Below, one piece after another: positions 27,401 through 37,600 of a stretch of 44,084 nucleotides of DNA. Below the pieces are notes generated by a model. That model had not been told where the DNA came from and did no database searches. It worked only from the letters and a program-made list of their open reading frames with translations. The DNA comes from Succinivibrio sp. (lineage in GTDB: Bacteria; Bacillota; Clostridia; Peptostreptococcales; Anaerovoracaceae), in the NCBI GenBank assembly GCA_963632005.1, contig CAVGTL010000001.1:1-44084 (forward strand), given 5' to 3'. The first letter of the stretch is position 1, and the number at the start of each line of letters is the position of its first letter. Both the position numbers and the translations under genes were made by a program.

Positions 27401-28651
27401 GCCTATCTTTGTAAGGCTCGCCGGAAGCTTCATATTATTCGGCAGCGGGCATTCGATGAATGCCTGCTTGCCTATCTCTGTAACACTGTTAGGTAAGACC
27501 ACATCTGACAGCGAATTACAATAGCCGAATGCTCTTTCGGGTATTACCTTAAGATTTTTTGATATACGCACATGCTTAAGCTGCTTGCATGAAAGAAACG
27601 ACATCGTGCCGATTTCAGTGACCGAATCCGGCATATCGACAGCCGTGACTGCCGTGCCGTAAAACGCGCTGTCTCCTATGTATGTCAGTCCGTCAGCCAT
27701 ATTCGACGCAGTAAGCAGCTTGCATCCGTAAAATGCCTTACTCCCTATCCGCGACACTGCCGGTAATGAATCGAGCTCAAGCGCGCTGCATCCCTCAAAC
27801 ATGCTTGCCGGTATTGCCTTGCAGCTCTTCGGCAGCGTTGCTTTTTTCAAAGCTGTACAGCCCTTGAACAGTCCTTCCGCCATGCTGAAGTCAACAGAAT
27901 CGGAAATACTTACAGAATTAAGCGCCTTACAGCCTTCAAAAGCCTCTGCACCTATAGTTTTCAGACCATCAGGCAATACGATACCGGACAGAGCCGTGCA
28001 TGACTGAAACGCCGCCTTACCTATCGAAGTAATGCCTGAAGCCAGCTTTACATTCTTAAGAGCCGTGCATTCGCTGAACGCTGATTCTCCTATCGAGCCG
28101 GCTGAAATGTCAGCGCTTGTCAGTCTGCTGCATTTTCTGAACGCAGCGTCGCCTATTTTTGAAGCATTTACTTTTATCTCAGTCAGGCTGCTGCAGTTAA
28201 AAAATGCTCTTCTGCCGACTGAAACTCCGTTGTTTCTGATCGTAATATTCTTTAATCCTGTACAGCACGAAAAAGCATTAGCACCTATGCTTTCCACGCT
28301 TTCAGAAAGCGTGACTGATGTAATGCCCGCACAATATAAAAAGGCATGATCATTTACAGCCTTGACCGGCATCCCCTTTATGCTTGCAGGAATGCTCATT
28401 GCGCCCTTTGCTGCTTCGCTGCAGCTCATGATAGTCACTGCACCGTTATTTATGTTGTACGTCAGCAGACCGTATTCATCCTGATACATCCCTGCCTTTT
28501 TATTTTCCAGCTTCAGCTCACTGTCGATATCATAATAATATTCTTCTGCGGTAGAAAGTATCGGTATCAATATCAGCAATAAAGCTATCGCTGCGGCAGG
28601 CAATATCGTCAGTAATATAAAACGTATATCTCTTTTTTTACTGTCCTTCAT
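24488..28651 (-). CDS. giant BspA-type leucine-rich-repeat surface protein, N-terminal signal/anchor and C-terminal TM anchor
   Basis: 1387 aa. There are dozens of repeats of about 23-25 aa of the form xAFxxCxxLxxVxLPxxVxxIGxxAF. An N-terminal hydrophobic segment is present. The C-terminus has an acidic/Gly-rich spacer, a TM helix and an RKNRKN tail. AAGGAGGGGG RBS present. Confidence 0.85.
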   Translation of the reverse strand: MKDSKKRDIRFILLTILPAAAIALLLILIPILSTAEEYYYDIDSELKLENKKAGMYQDEYGLLTYNINNGAVTIMSCSEAAKGAMSIPASIKGMPVKAVNDHAFLYCAGITSVTLSESVESIGANAFSCCTGLKNITIRNNGVSVGRRAFFNCSSLTEIKVNASKIGDAAFRKCSRLTSADISAGSIGESAFSECTALKNVKLASGITSIGKAAFQSCTALSGIVLPDGLKTIGAEAFEGCKALNSVSISDSVDFSMAEGLFKGCTALKKATLPKSCKAIPASMFEGCSALELDSLPAVSRIGSKAFYGCKLLTASNMADGLTYIGDSAFYGTAVTAVDMPDSVTEIGTMSFLSCKQLKHVRISKNLKVIPERAFGYCNSLSDVVLPNSVTEIGKQAFIECPLPNNMKLPASLTKIGAEAFANCPLSGTLTLPENVTEVGKNAFKGCPVTELRLSSGMDRIPQGAFSEITTLEKIVIPEGVKRIEANAFEGCSSVDELVLPKSLEYIGSGAFKGCAALKEISLQNSKDLSYVSGFGGNSAIRSVTLPYGLETIGTGAFSETAIKEVVIPGSVKTIEARAFYNCKKLEKVTFGNGLTSIGEAAFKGCAALKDISVPSGVTKIGSSAFEDCTSLTSVKVSALEEAGTDMFAGCSSLVDVSFANGITEIPEGIFSGCTSVKKASIPDSVKVIHSFAFSGCSSLSDVKLPEKLEVLCSDAFSKCTSLRSVTLPASLQQIQAYVFDGSGLENVTLAEGLSSDSFWLSRESKDREGYVKNQNTKRIVYNKSTFVNCSSLKEINIPKNWTGIPDYFLAGCNGKLNLTLSDNITSLGKESLSEAGLISLKLPEGLKETKLEEKALYGNSSLETINMPASWTSIPEGLFTGNKAIKEYTVPSNIRTIGDDAFSNSGLEKITIPEGVTQIGVRAFMNCTGLKTVDIPSTVTAVGKAAFSGCTGLTDVNFKEGIKTIDANAFAGCESLKTVTLPASVQHIDNGAFFCSNMGVLRFVCPSGSYAEKYTKYCLYIASDKYPVPAGMKFYTENTRQDIYGAYNGSVYASYGGLDYKLSFSETNGEFSTKAGVKCLTANSNAAADLVIPDEVAGYPVVSIEKNAFADNTSLVSVKLPSELDGIYENAFKGCTSLRVVNFNKKLRIIMPGAFQGCTSLLFADLSQTSLERIYENAFNGASSMSYVLFKEGVKQIAKNAFANTALSEVYLPETLTTLDKNAFGNDTVIHFTGNILSTYHLYVDANFDRHYYPILQELLNRGVSIGQFFGHGLDGQKDYFISTSGTGYATGSADGGVSLAPSAEGGADAEAGQTGSDIEVSSQSNAGEEQHGEEQLPSEGSPDKVYELVQKTIAENPVAAALTLAVVMIVIIMGGYFRVRKNRKN

Positions 28652-28673
28652 GCCCCCTCCTTTTCCGGAGACT

Positions 28674-31600
28674 TTAACGTTTACTCTTGCGATAACGATG
28701 GTACCCGCCTGTTATTACGAGGATCAGCAGGATGATCAGTACAAAAGCTCTGACAAAAGGATTTTCCATGACACTTTCATGTATCACTTCAAATACAGTA
28801 TCATTTTTCTGTTCCTCTTCATCTTCTTTTTCCTGTTCTTCCTCTTCAATATCACCGCTGCTCTCTGGTGCGCTTTCAGCCTCCATCTGTTCTGGAGTCT
28901 GATCCTCTACATCTGTTTCCTTCTGTATCTCTTCAGTCTCCGGAACAGTTATTACAATAGTATCTGCATCAGTCGGATGATCTGAAACTGTCGGTATATT
29001 ATCATCAGTTGACGGTATCGTATCTGTATCGTTATTTTTGCCGCCATTACTTATGTCAGTACCGTTGGCGTCAGGATCTGTGCCCTGGCCACCGTTGCCG
29101 TTTTCATTGCCGTCACCCTTATCGCCATCACCGCTGCCTGAATCTGAGCCGCTGTCACTTGAATCATCTTTTGGCTTTTCTTCTTCTTCTTCGACAAACT
29201 TATAAGTCAGTAATGAATCTATATTTTCATTAAATATGATGTTACCTTCGCTTACTACCTTGTCATTAAGCTTAAGAGAGTCCAGAGTTGACTTTTCGCC
29301 GGCAGTGGCTGTTACAGACACTGTATCACCATAAGGTACATACAGTGTTTCATTCTCGCCCGAAATGCTCCTGTCTCTGAAGCTTACAGTTACCTTGCCG
29401 CCCTTTGAATCTGCATCTGCCTTTACTCTTAAAAGGTAATATGAAGGACTTCCTAATGCCGGATATCCTGCCGACTCATCCTGAGTCCATACATTTCTGT
29501 GAGTAGCTGTACCGCCGTCGAGCCTGTAAGCGATCTCACCGCTTGTAAATGCGCTGCCTGCAGCCCAGCCTGAAGGTATCTGAGAATCGTCTGTGAATGA
29601 ATCCTTATTCCAGCCTGCAGCTCCGTAATAGCAGTTTTCCATACTGCCTGAAGCGCCTGATGCTGCAACTGCCTTAAGCTCATGCAGTTTGTCGCTGTAT
29701 GTCTTTGAGTAGAAATATGAATTTGTAATGCTGCCGCTGTTGCTTCCTGCAATGGCACCAACATTTACGTTTTTACCTTCATTTGAAAGGCCTCCGACAG
29801 CCAGGCTGTCTGTAACTGTACCCGTATTATATCCTACGAGTCCGCCTACATTATTAACAGTCGTATCCGGCTCTTCAGATAGCTTTATCATTATTGCATC
29901 GCCGTCAACTCTGCTTTCGCATTTTTCTATCTTACCGCCCTTATTGTAGCCAACAAGTGCGCCTACGCCGTTTTCTGACTTATAGAACTCTGTGACTTCG
30001 ATCTTTCCTGAGTTTTTGCTTCCTTCTATAACGCCGTTTTCAGAAGCTATCTTTCCTGCAAGTCCGCCTACCGTACCGGCCTTAAAGAGTCCGTTTTCTT
30101 CAGGCGCTATGTTGCCTGAGTTGTTGCAGTTTTTCATTTCTCCGTATAATACGGATGCTATGCCTCCGGCTGTTACACCGTAAGTGAGTGAATTGTCGGA
30201 AGTGTCAACAGCTATATTTCCGGTATTGCTGCAGCCCTCGATATTGAGTGCCTGACCTGCTATACCGCCGACACGCTTTGCTGTGCCTGTCACCTTTATA
30301 TCGCCGGAATTGCTGCTTTCTGTTATCTTGCTGTCAGATGCAGCAAAGCTTGAAATGTAGCCTGCTATACCGCCTGCATATGAGTAATTTGCGGATGTAG
30401 TTGATTCTACTTCAACAGTTCCTGTATTTTCTGCATTTTCTATTATAATAGTCCTGCCGTTGAGCGCATATCCCAGGATACCGCCGATATTGGCGTATAC
30501 TTTCTTTTCGCTCTTTGAAGTATTTTCAGGAACAGATATATTACCTGAATTCTTTGCGCCGGATATAGATATCTGACCTGAGCCATATGATGTATTTCCT
30601 ATAATACCGCCTGTATGACCTGCGCCGAGAGAGCCCTCAGACGCTGCAAGTGTGATATTACCGGTATTTTCGCAGTTCAGTATTTTAAGATCTGTCTCTG
30701 TATTCTGCTGTACATTTGCCACTATACCGCCTGCCTGATATGCAGCAGTAATATTTCCATTATTTATACAGTTTTCTATTATATTTACAGACGGTCCTGT
30801 TACAGTTGCAGCTATACCTCCTGCTATGCTGACTGCGCCTGATCCGCTGCCTACTATATTAATATTGTTTGTACAATCAGCTATCGTTCCGCCTTTTGCC
30901 TCATATACGATACCGCCTATGCGTCCGACAAAATATCCGTCTACCGGATGTATATCGCCTGATGTATTACAGTTTGATATATTTCCTTCATTAGAGTATG
31001 CTATACCGCCTATGCATGTCAGATATTTTCCGCTTTCGCCGGCAGTGTTAAGCTCTACCGTACAATCCTTTATAGTTGCACCTTCATGGTTTGCATAAAC
31101 AAGTCCGCCTGAATATGCAAACTTATCAACTGCATCGATATCGTTTGAGCAGTTTGAGATCAGGCCATAGTTGTCTGCTGCCAGTCCTGCCCAGTGTGCA
31201 GTAGTACCGTCTACATCCGTATCAAGATCAGCTGCCGAAAGCTTCAGATTCTCGACAGTTCCGTCTTTACCGATCGTTCCAAACAGGAGATCAGTGTCAG
31301 CTGATGGATTTTTCATTAATGTTATAGTGTGACCGTCGCCGTCAAAATTACCATTAAATTCCTTTATATAGAATTTACCTGCATTGCTGCCGGAAAGATC
31401 AAGGTCTGTGCTGAGTTTAAAGCTGCGTCCGTCAAATGTCTCACCGCTCTGTGATAATGCTGCTATCTTCTGCAGTGTCTGAATATCATTTATTTCATAC
31501 GGTATAGCGTCATCGCTGTTATCGAGAAGAGTTTCCTTTATATCCCACTGTGCGTAAAGGTTCAGGATACCGTTTTCATAATCGGCTGTAGTGAGCGTCT

Positions 31601-34600
31601 TTGTGAAATCCCATAAAGCTCCGCCTGAAGGCTCTGTAGACCAGCCCTTCAGCGTGTATACGCGATATACAGCGTCACTGCCTGAAATCTTCACATTATA
31701 AACGAGCTTTCCGTCTGAAACATACTCTGACCAGCCTGTCTGTGTAAGAGTGATCGGATCCGGTACTGCTCTGTTTTCGCCGACACGCTGCTGTACAGGC
31801 ACTGATAATCCGCTGAGCTCCTTCTCTGTATCGTTGAGCGAGAATATTACATCTACGCCAAGTCCGAGCCATGAAGCAGTTATCGTCATATCTTCTGTTA
31901 CAACGGTCTTTGTATCAAACGCTTTGCCATCGCAGAGCCAGCCGTTAAATTTAAACTGGTCGCTTTCAGGTTTGAGCTGATCTGCATATTTCTTGAAATC
32001 AGCTGTTGCTTCGAGGCTGCTGTCGCCTGCTACGCTTACAGTTACAGTAGAAGCGCCGTTTTCAAAGCTTCCGCCGTTTGCATCTAAAGTTACCTTATGA
32101 GCATCCGAAGATGATGCCGCGAAGTCAGCGCTTACAACAACATCGACAGCAGGCATTGAGAATGTAACATCATCACTTCCGCTGCCGCTCGCATATGAAT
32201 TTCCTGATGCGTCCTTTACAGTCATAAGCTTTAATACATATCCGCTGTCAGCCGTTGCCTTCAGGGTAACTGAGCTTCCTTCAGGTGCATATACATATGC
32301 GCTGTCATCTTTATTGTCAAGTGAAGCTTTTCCTGCAACCTCTGCAGAGAGCTTTCCGTTAGCTGTTCCCATTGTCAGCTTTACAGCATATACAGGCTTG
32401 AGTGAGTTGTCAAAGTTTATAAGTTCTGGGCATTCCTTACTCTGACCCCATATACCTGCTCTTTCGCCTGCACCTCCGTCAAGAAGGTAAGCGATCTCTC
32501 CGCCTGAGAGCTGGTCGGTGCTTACTGCCGTAAGTACATCCTTATCTGTAAATGCCTTTGAGCCGATGATGCCTGAAAGTGCATAGCACTTATCTGTTAC
32601 CGTGCCCTTAGGTACAGTCAGTATTCCGCCGACAGCAGTATAGTTCGTTCCCGCTGTTATCGAGCCGCAGCTGAAGCAGTTCTTTACAGTGAGCTTTGAT
32701 GCAGTACCTGCATTTGTAAGGATGCCGCCTGCCTGTGATGCGCTTGTCGTACCGGTCGCCTTCAGCGTTCCTGCACTATAGCAATTCGTTACAGTAACTG
32801 CTTTTGAAGAAGACGGCTGTACACGACCCAGCAGAGCTCCGACATACTTGTTCTGACTTGTGATATTTCCTGTATTGTAGCACCTGTCTACGATTATATT
32901 AGATGTAAGAGGGCCTGTCAGTCCACCTGTAGTGTGGCTTGTGCCCTTGCCTGTCGTGATATCTCCGCTGTTGTAGCTTCTATATATATTGATATCTGTA
33001 GTTCCGTATCCTATAAGGCCGCCTGCATTACCGAGAGCCTTTATCTCGCCTGTATTATTACTGTCTGATATCGTAACGTATGATTTAGCATATCCGATCA
33101 GACCTGATACGTACTGTTGTGAAGACGAATCGATAACAGCTGTATTACTACAGCCTTCAACAGATATCGCCATACTTTCTGCTGATGCGTATGTATAGCC
33201 TGTCATGCCTCCGACATATTGCTTAGTCGCCTTTATGTCTCCATTATTTATACAGTTGACAAAGTCTGCTGCAGCAGCATTCTTAGATACTACGCCTACC
33301 GCAGCGGTCATACCTCCTGTATAATCGACGCCTGTTAACTTTCCGTTGTTAATGCAGCCGTCAAAGAGATAACGTACGATACTGTCTGTCGCTGTATCCG
33401 CTACAGAATGGCCTGCGATACCGCCTGTATAGCTTGAAGTACCCTTTATCTCGCCGCTGTTTTCACAATCCTTAAATATTACCTTCATTGCGGCTGATGC
33501 GCTTATGTGACCGACTATACCGCCTGTTTCTTTTCCGTTTCCGGTAATTTTTCCTTTATTAATTACATTCCGGAATGCAGCTTCATTTTCAGGAAGCTCA
33601 GACTTCATTACTATACTGCCGATGACGCCTCCTGTATTTCCTGTACCTGTTACAGTACCTTCGTTTACGCAATTCTTAATGCGTACATTGCTGTCGGCCT
33701 GGCCGACGATACCGCCTGTATTATTCGTTCCTGTTACATTCATTTTTGAAGTAACATCTGAAATTTCAACGACTTCATCACCTGATGCAATGTGACCGAC
33801 TATACCTCCCGTTGCAGATGAGCCTGTTATATTGCCTTCTACTGTAAGGTTTCGGATGCTGCCGCCTGTTACGTAGCCAAAGAAGCCCTGGTCAACAGCT
33901 GCGGCATCGTTTATCTCAACACCTGATACAGTATGACCGTTACCGTCAAAGTTGCCCTTAAACGGCGCTGATGCCGAGCCTATCTGCGGCCACATATAGT
34001 TTTCAGGCAATGTGATGTTTTCCGTCAGCTTTATAGTACAGTTTTCAAATGAAACAGGCTTGCCGTTATTCAGCTGACCTGACGTTATACGAGCAAGCGC
34101 TATAAGCTGTTCGGCTGTAGATATCTCATACTCTGTCTGACCTGCGCTGTACCAGCTGCTGTCTGAAGTTTCTGCCTGCCATTTAGCGCGCAGGTATAAT
34201 GGCTTAAATATACGTGTATTTGCAAAGTCAAATTTATCTGACGCTACAGATTCACTTTCCTTGCCCGGATCTGTTACGAGATACCATCCGTTAAGGCTGT
34301 AATCATCACGTACAGGCATATATGCCTCTGCATATTCGCCCAGGCCTACAGGAACTGTTACATTTTCAACAGGCTGCCCGTCTGCCTCGTAGTTCAGATC
34401 ATATGTTATCTCGATAGGTACGAGCTTCCATTCAGCATGTATCTCGGTGCCTGATTCAAATACATCATCAGCGAAGTTTACTTTTCTGCCGTCTGCATAA
34501 TACCAGCCGTCAAAAGAAAAGCTCTCTTTGTTGCTCGTTACTGAAGGCTCTGATGTGATCTTACCTTCTTCGCTTAACACTGCTCTGACCCTTGTATCTG

Positions 34601-37600
34601 CCTCCTGATAAGATACCAGACCGCTCTCGCCGCCAAGCTCGTAGAACCGGCTTTCGTTGTAATTTAATATAATGTAGCCATTTTCAGATGCATCAGTGCT
34701 CTCCCATTTCAGGACAGGATAAGCTCCGTTTCTGTAAGAATACGCATAACCAAGGAGTTCGGCAAATGCTTCAGTTTTCATGTATTTTTCTGTAGTTTCG
34801 CCTGCCTTAAGGTCATCTTTTTCTGAAAGTGAATAACAATTATTTACATAAAGATTTACATCTGATGAATATCCCGGACATATGTTGATGTTCTTTCCGT
34901 TTGCTATGCCTGCGTTATAGCAGTTTGTAACGTATACAGACGGTTTGCCTGATGCACTGTACATAGGACGTTCCATCGAACCCAGTATACCGCCTGCATA
35001 ATATGAATTGCCCGGCTGGTCTGTAGACGTAGTTATATTTCCTGTATTATAGCAGTCTACGATATTTGATACCACACTTGCTGTAGCTGCATTAGTTACA
35101 CCGGCGATACCGCCCGCTTTTCCCAGCTTGCTCGTTGAAACAGTGCTGCTTCTGACCTCTGCATTCACAGAGCCTGTATTATAGGAATGAGATATGCTGT
35201 TTGCACTGCCTGCTATGCCTCCGATCGATATCGTATCAGATACAGAAGCAACATAAGCATGACCTTCGATGCTTCCTGCATTATAGCAGTAGCTTACTTT
35301 TACATTGCTGCTCTCCGGAGAAGCATAGCCTATCACACCTCCGACCATAGCTCCTGTAGCCGTTGATGCTTTGCGCGTATCAGAATATACCTCTATGTGA
35401 CCTCTGTTTCCACAATAAGTTATATCGCCGTTTGCGCTCATATAAGATGAAACGATACCGGCTGCATATTTGCTTCCGCTTATCTCACCTTCATTGAAGC
35501 ATTCATTGAAGCTGTACTCGTTGTTATCGCCCTTAGGTACTGTTCCGCAAATACCTGCTGCGTTCGATGTCAGATTATGATCAACAGTAACATCTGCTCT
35601 GTTTACACAGTTCGAAAAGCTTCCCTTGCCTGTTGCAGAAGCTGCAATTCCGGCGCCGCAGTTGCCTTTTGCCGAAACCTTACCCTCTACTGTTATATTT
35701 TCAAATACAGTTGAATCAGCGTTTGCCGCAACAGCTGCTGTATTGTCTCCGCCTTTTACATCAGCATATACAGTAAGGTCTTTTACAGTCGCATTTTTCA
35801 GGTATCCGAAAAGCGCCTGATCTGCATCGGCTGATTTAATATAAAGGCCTGTTATAGCAAATCCTGCTCCGTCAAATGTTCCTGAAAACGGCTTGTCTGC
35901 GCTTTCACCGATCACTGATGACCAGTTGTAAGTACCGCTGCCGTCAGAAAGAGGCATCAGCTCATCATAAGTGCCGTCCTCAGAGTTTGCGAGCATCGAT
36001 AAATTTATATCATTATCGAGTATCAGTGTCTTGCCCTCAAAGCTTACAGGCTCTGTAACGCCTGTAGCCTCATCGCCTCTGACAAGCTTGGCTAAAGCCA
36101 GAAGCTGTGCAGGATCTGTTATATGGTATTCCTTAGCTTCAAAATCATCGAAATACCATGCATAGTCAGTATTCCTTTCCTTCTGCCATACTGCGCGCAG
36201 ATACAGGTCGGCCTTTACAGATGAGCTGAAATCATACATTGATTCAGCCTGATATTCATTATCTGTGCCGGCTCCTGTTATTTCATACCATCCTAGGAAT
36301 GTATATCCATCACGTACATGTGCTTCAGGTGCATTGACCGCTTCGCCGTACTTTACGATGGAATTCACAATAGTATTTTCATTTGAATCAGACTCATCCT
36401 CAGATTCCATATGATAACCGTAATCAAATGTGACCTTCAGATCCTCGTATACAGGTGCAGTCGTCTTCCATGATGCGAAGAGCTCATCACCTGACTTAAG
36501 CTCGCTTTCCTGATCCCACTTCTCAGTAAGCTTGCTGTCTGTATACCATCCCTCAAATGTAACGCCTTCTCTGTCTGTCGATAAAGAAGTCAGCGATTCC
36601 TTAAACTTTGATATCGATACATTTCTTGTCGTATCTGTAAGGTTAGCATCAAATGATGATTCGCTGTAATGTAATGTTACATGATCTGAAGAAGCTTCAT
36701 GCTGCCAGTAAAGCTCAGGGTAAGATTCATCTGTTTTTACAAATGCAAAGCCCAGTCCGTTTACGACTGTATCGCCCTTCATTTCTTCTTCGCTGTATCC
36801 GCCTTCACTTCCCGTGCCTGCCAGATAATAGCAGTGATCGGCATCGCCGTACATAGTATATGAGAGCGAGCCTTTGTTTGAGCCTTCAGCAGAAACGTTT
36901 CCTGTATTGTAGCACTGTATGAATCTCGAGCTTCCGTTTGAAGCTGAGAACATGTTTGCAAGGCCGCTGGCATTTTCGATGCCCGCTACATCGCCCTGGT
37001 TGTACGAATTTATAATGATAACGCCCTTAGCGCATGCTACCAGCCCGGCAGCCAGGCTGCCGCTGTCTCCGCTGCCTGTTACAGAAATATTTCCTGTATT
37101 GTAGCATTCTGAGACCTTAAGTCCTTTTGAGCTTTTAATATCTGCAACGAGACCTGCAGCATATACAGCAGCTGACTGTCCTGTACCGTCAGCAATTACA
37201 GCGCCTGTATTGAATGAGCGGCTTACTTCTGTTGCGCCGCTGCCTGCCAGACCTGCAACGCTGCCTCGTCCTGATATCTTTCCTGTATTAGAGCAATCTG
37301 TTATAGAGCATACAGCTGCACTTGCCTCGTACTTTGCGATTATACCGGCTGCATTTCCCACATTTGAAGTTACAGTTCCATTATTTATACAATTTTCAAA
37401 TGTAACAGGATCAGAGCCTGATACGTAGGCTAAAATACCTGCTGCAGCGCTCATGCTGGCTGCTTCTGATATTACATCTCCGTTATTTCTACAATCAGAT
37501 ATAGTTGTTTTTACAGCTGTATATCCAAGTATACCGCCCGGATATGACATTTTCTGGTCTACAGTTATATTTCCATTATTGACACAGCCTTTCAGTACAG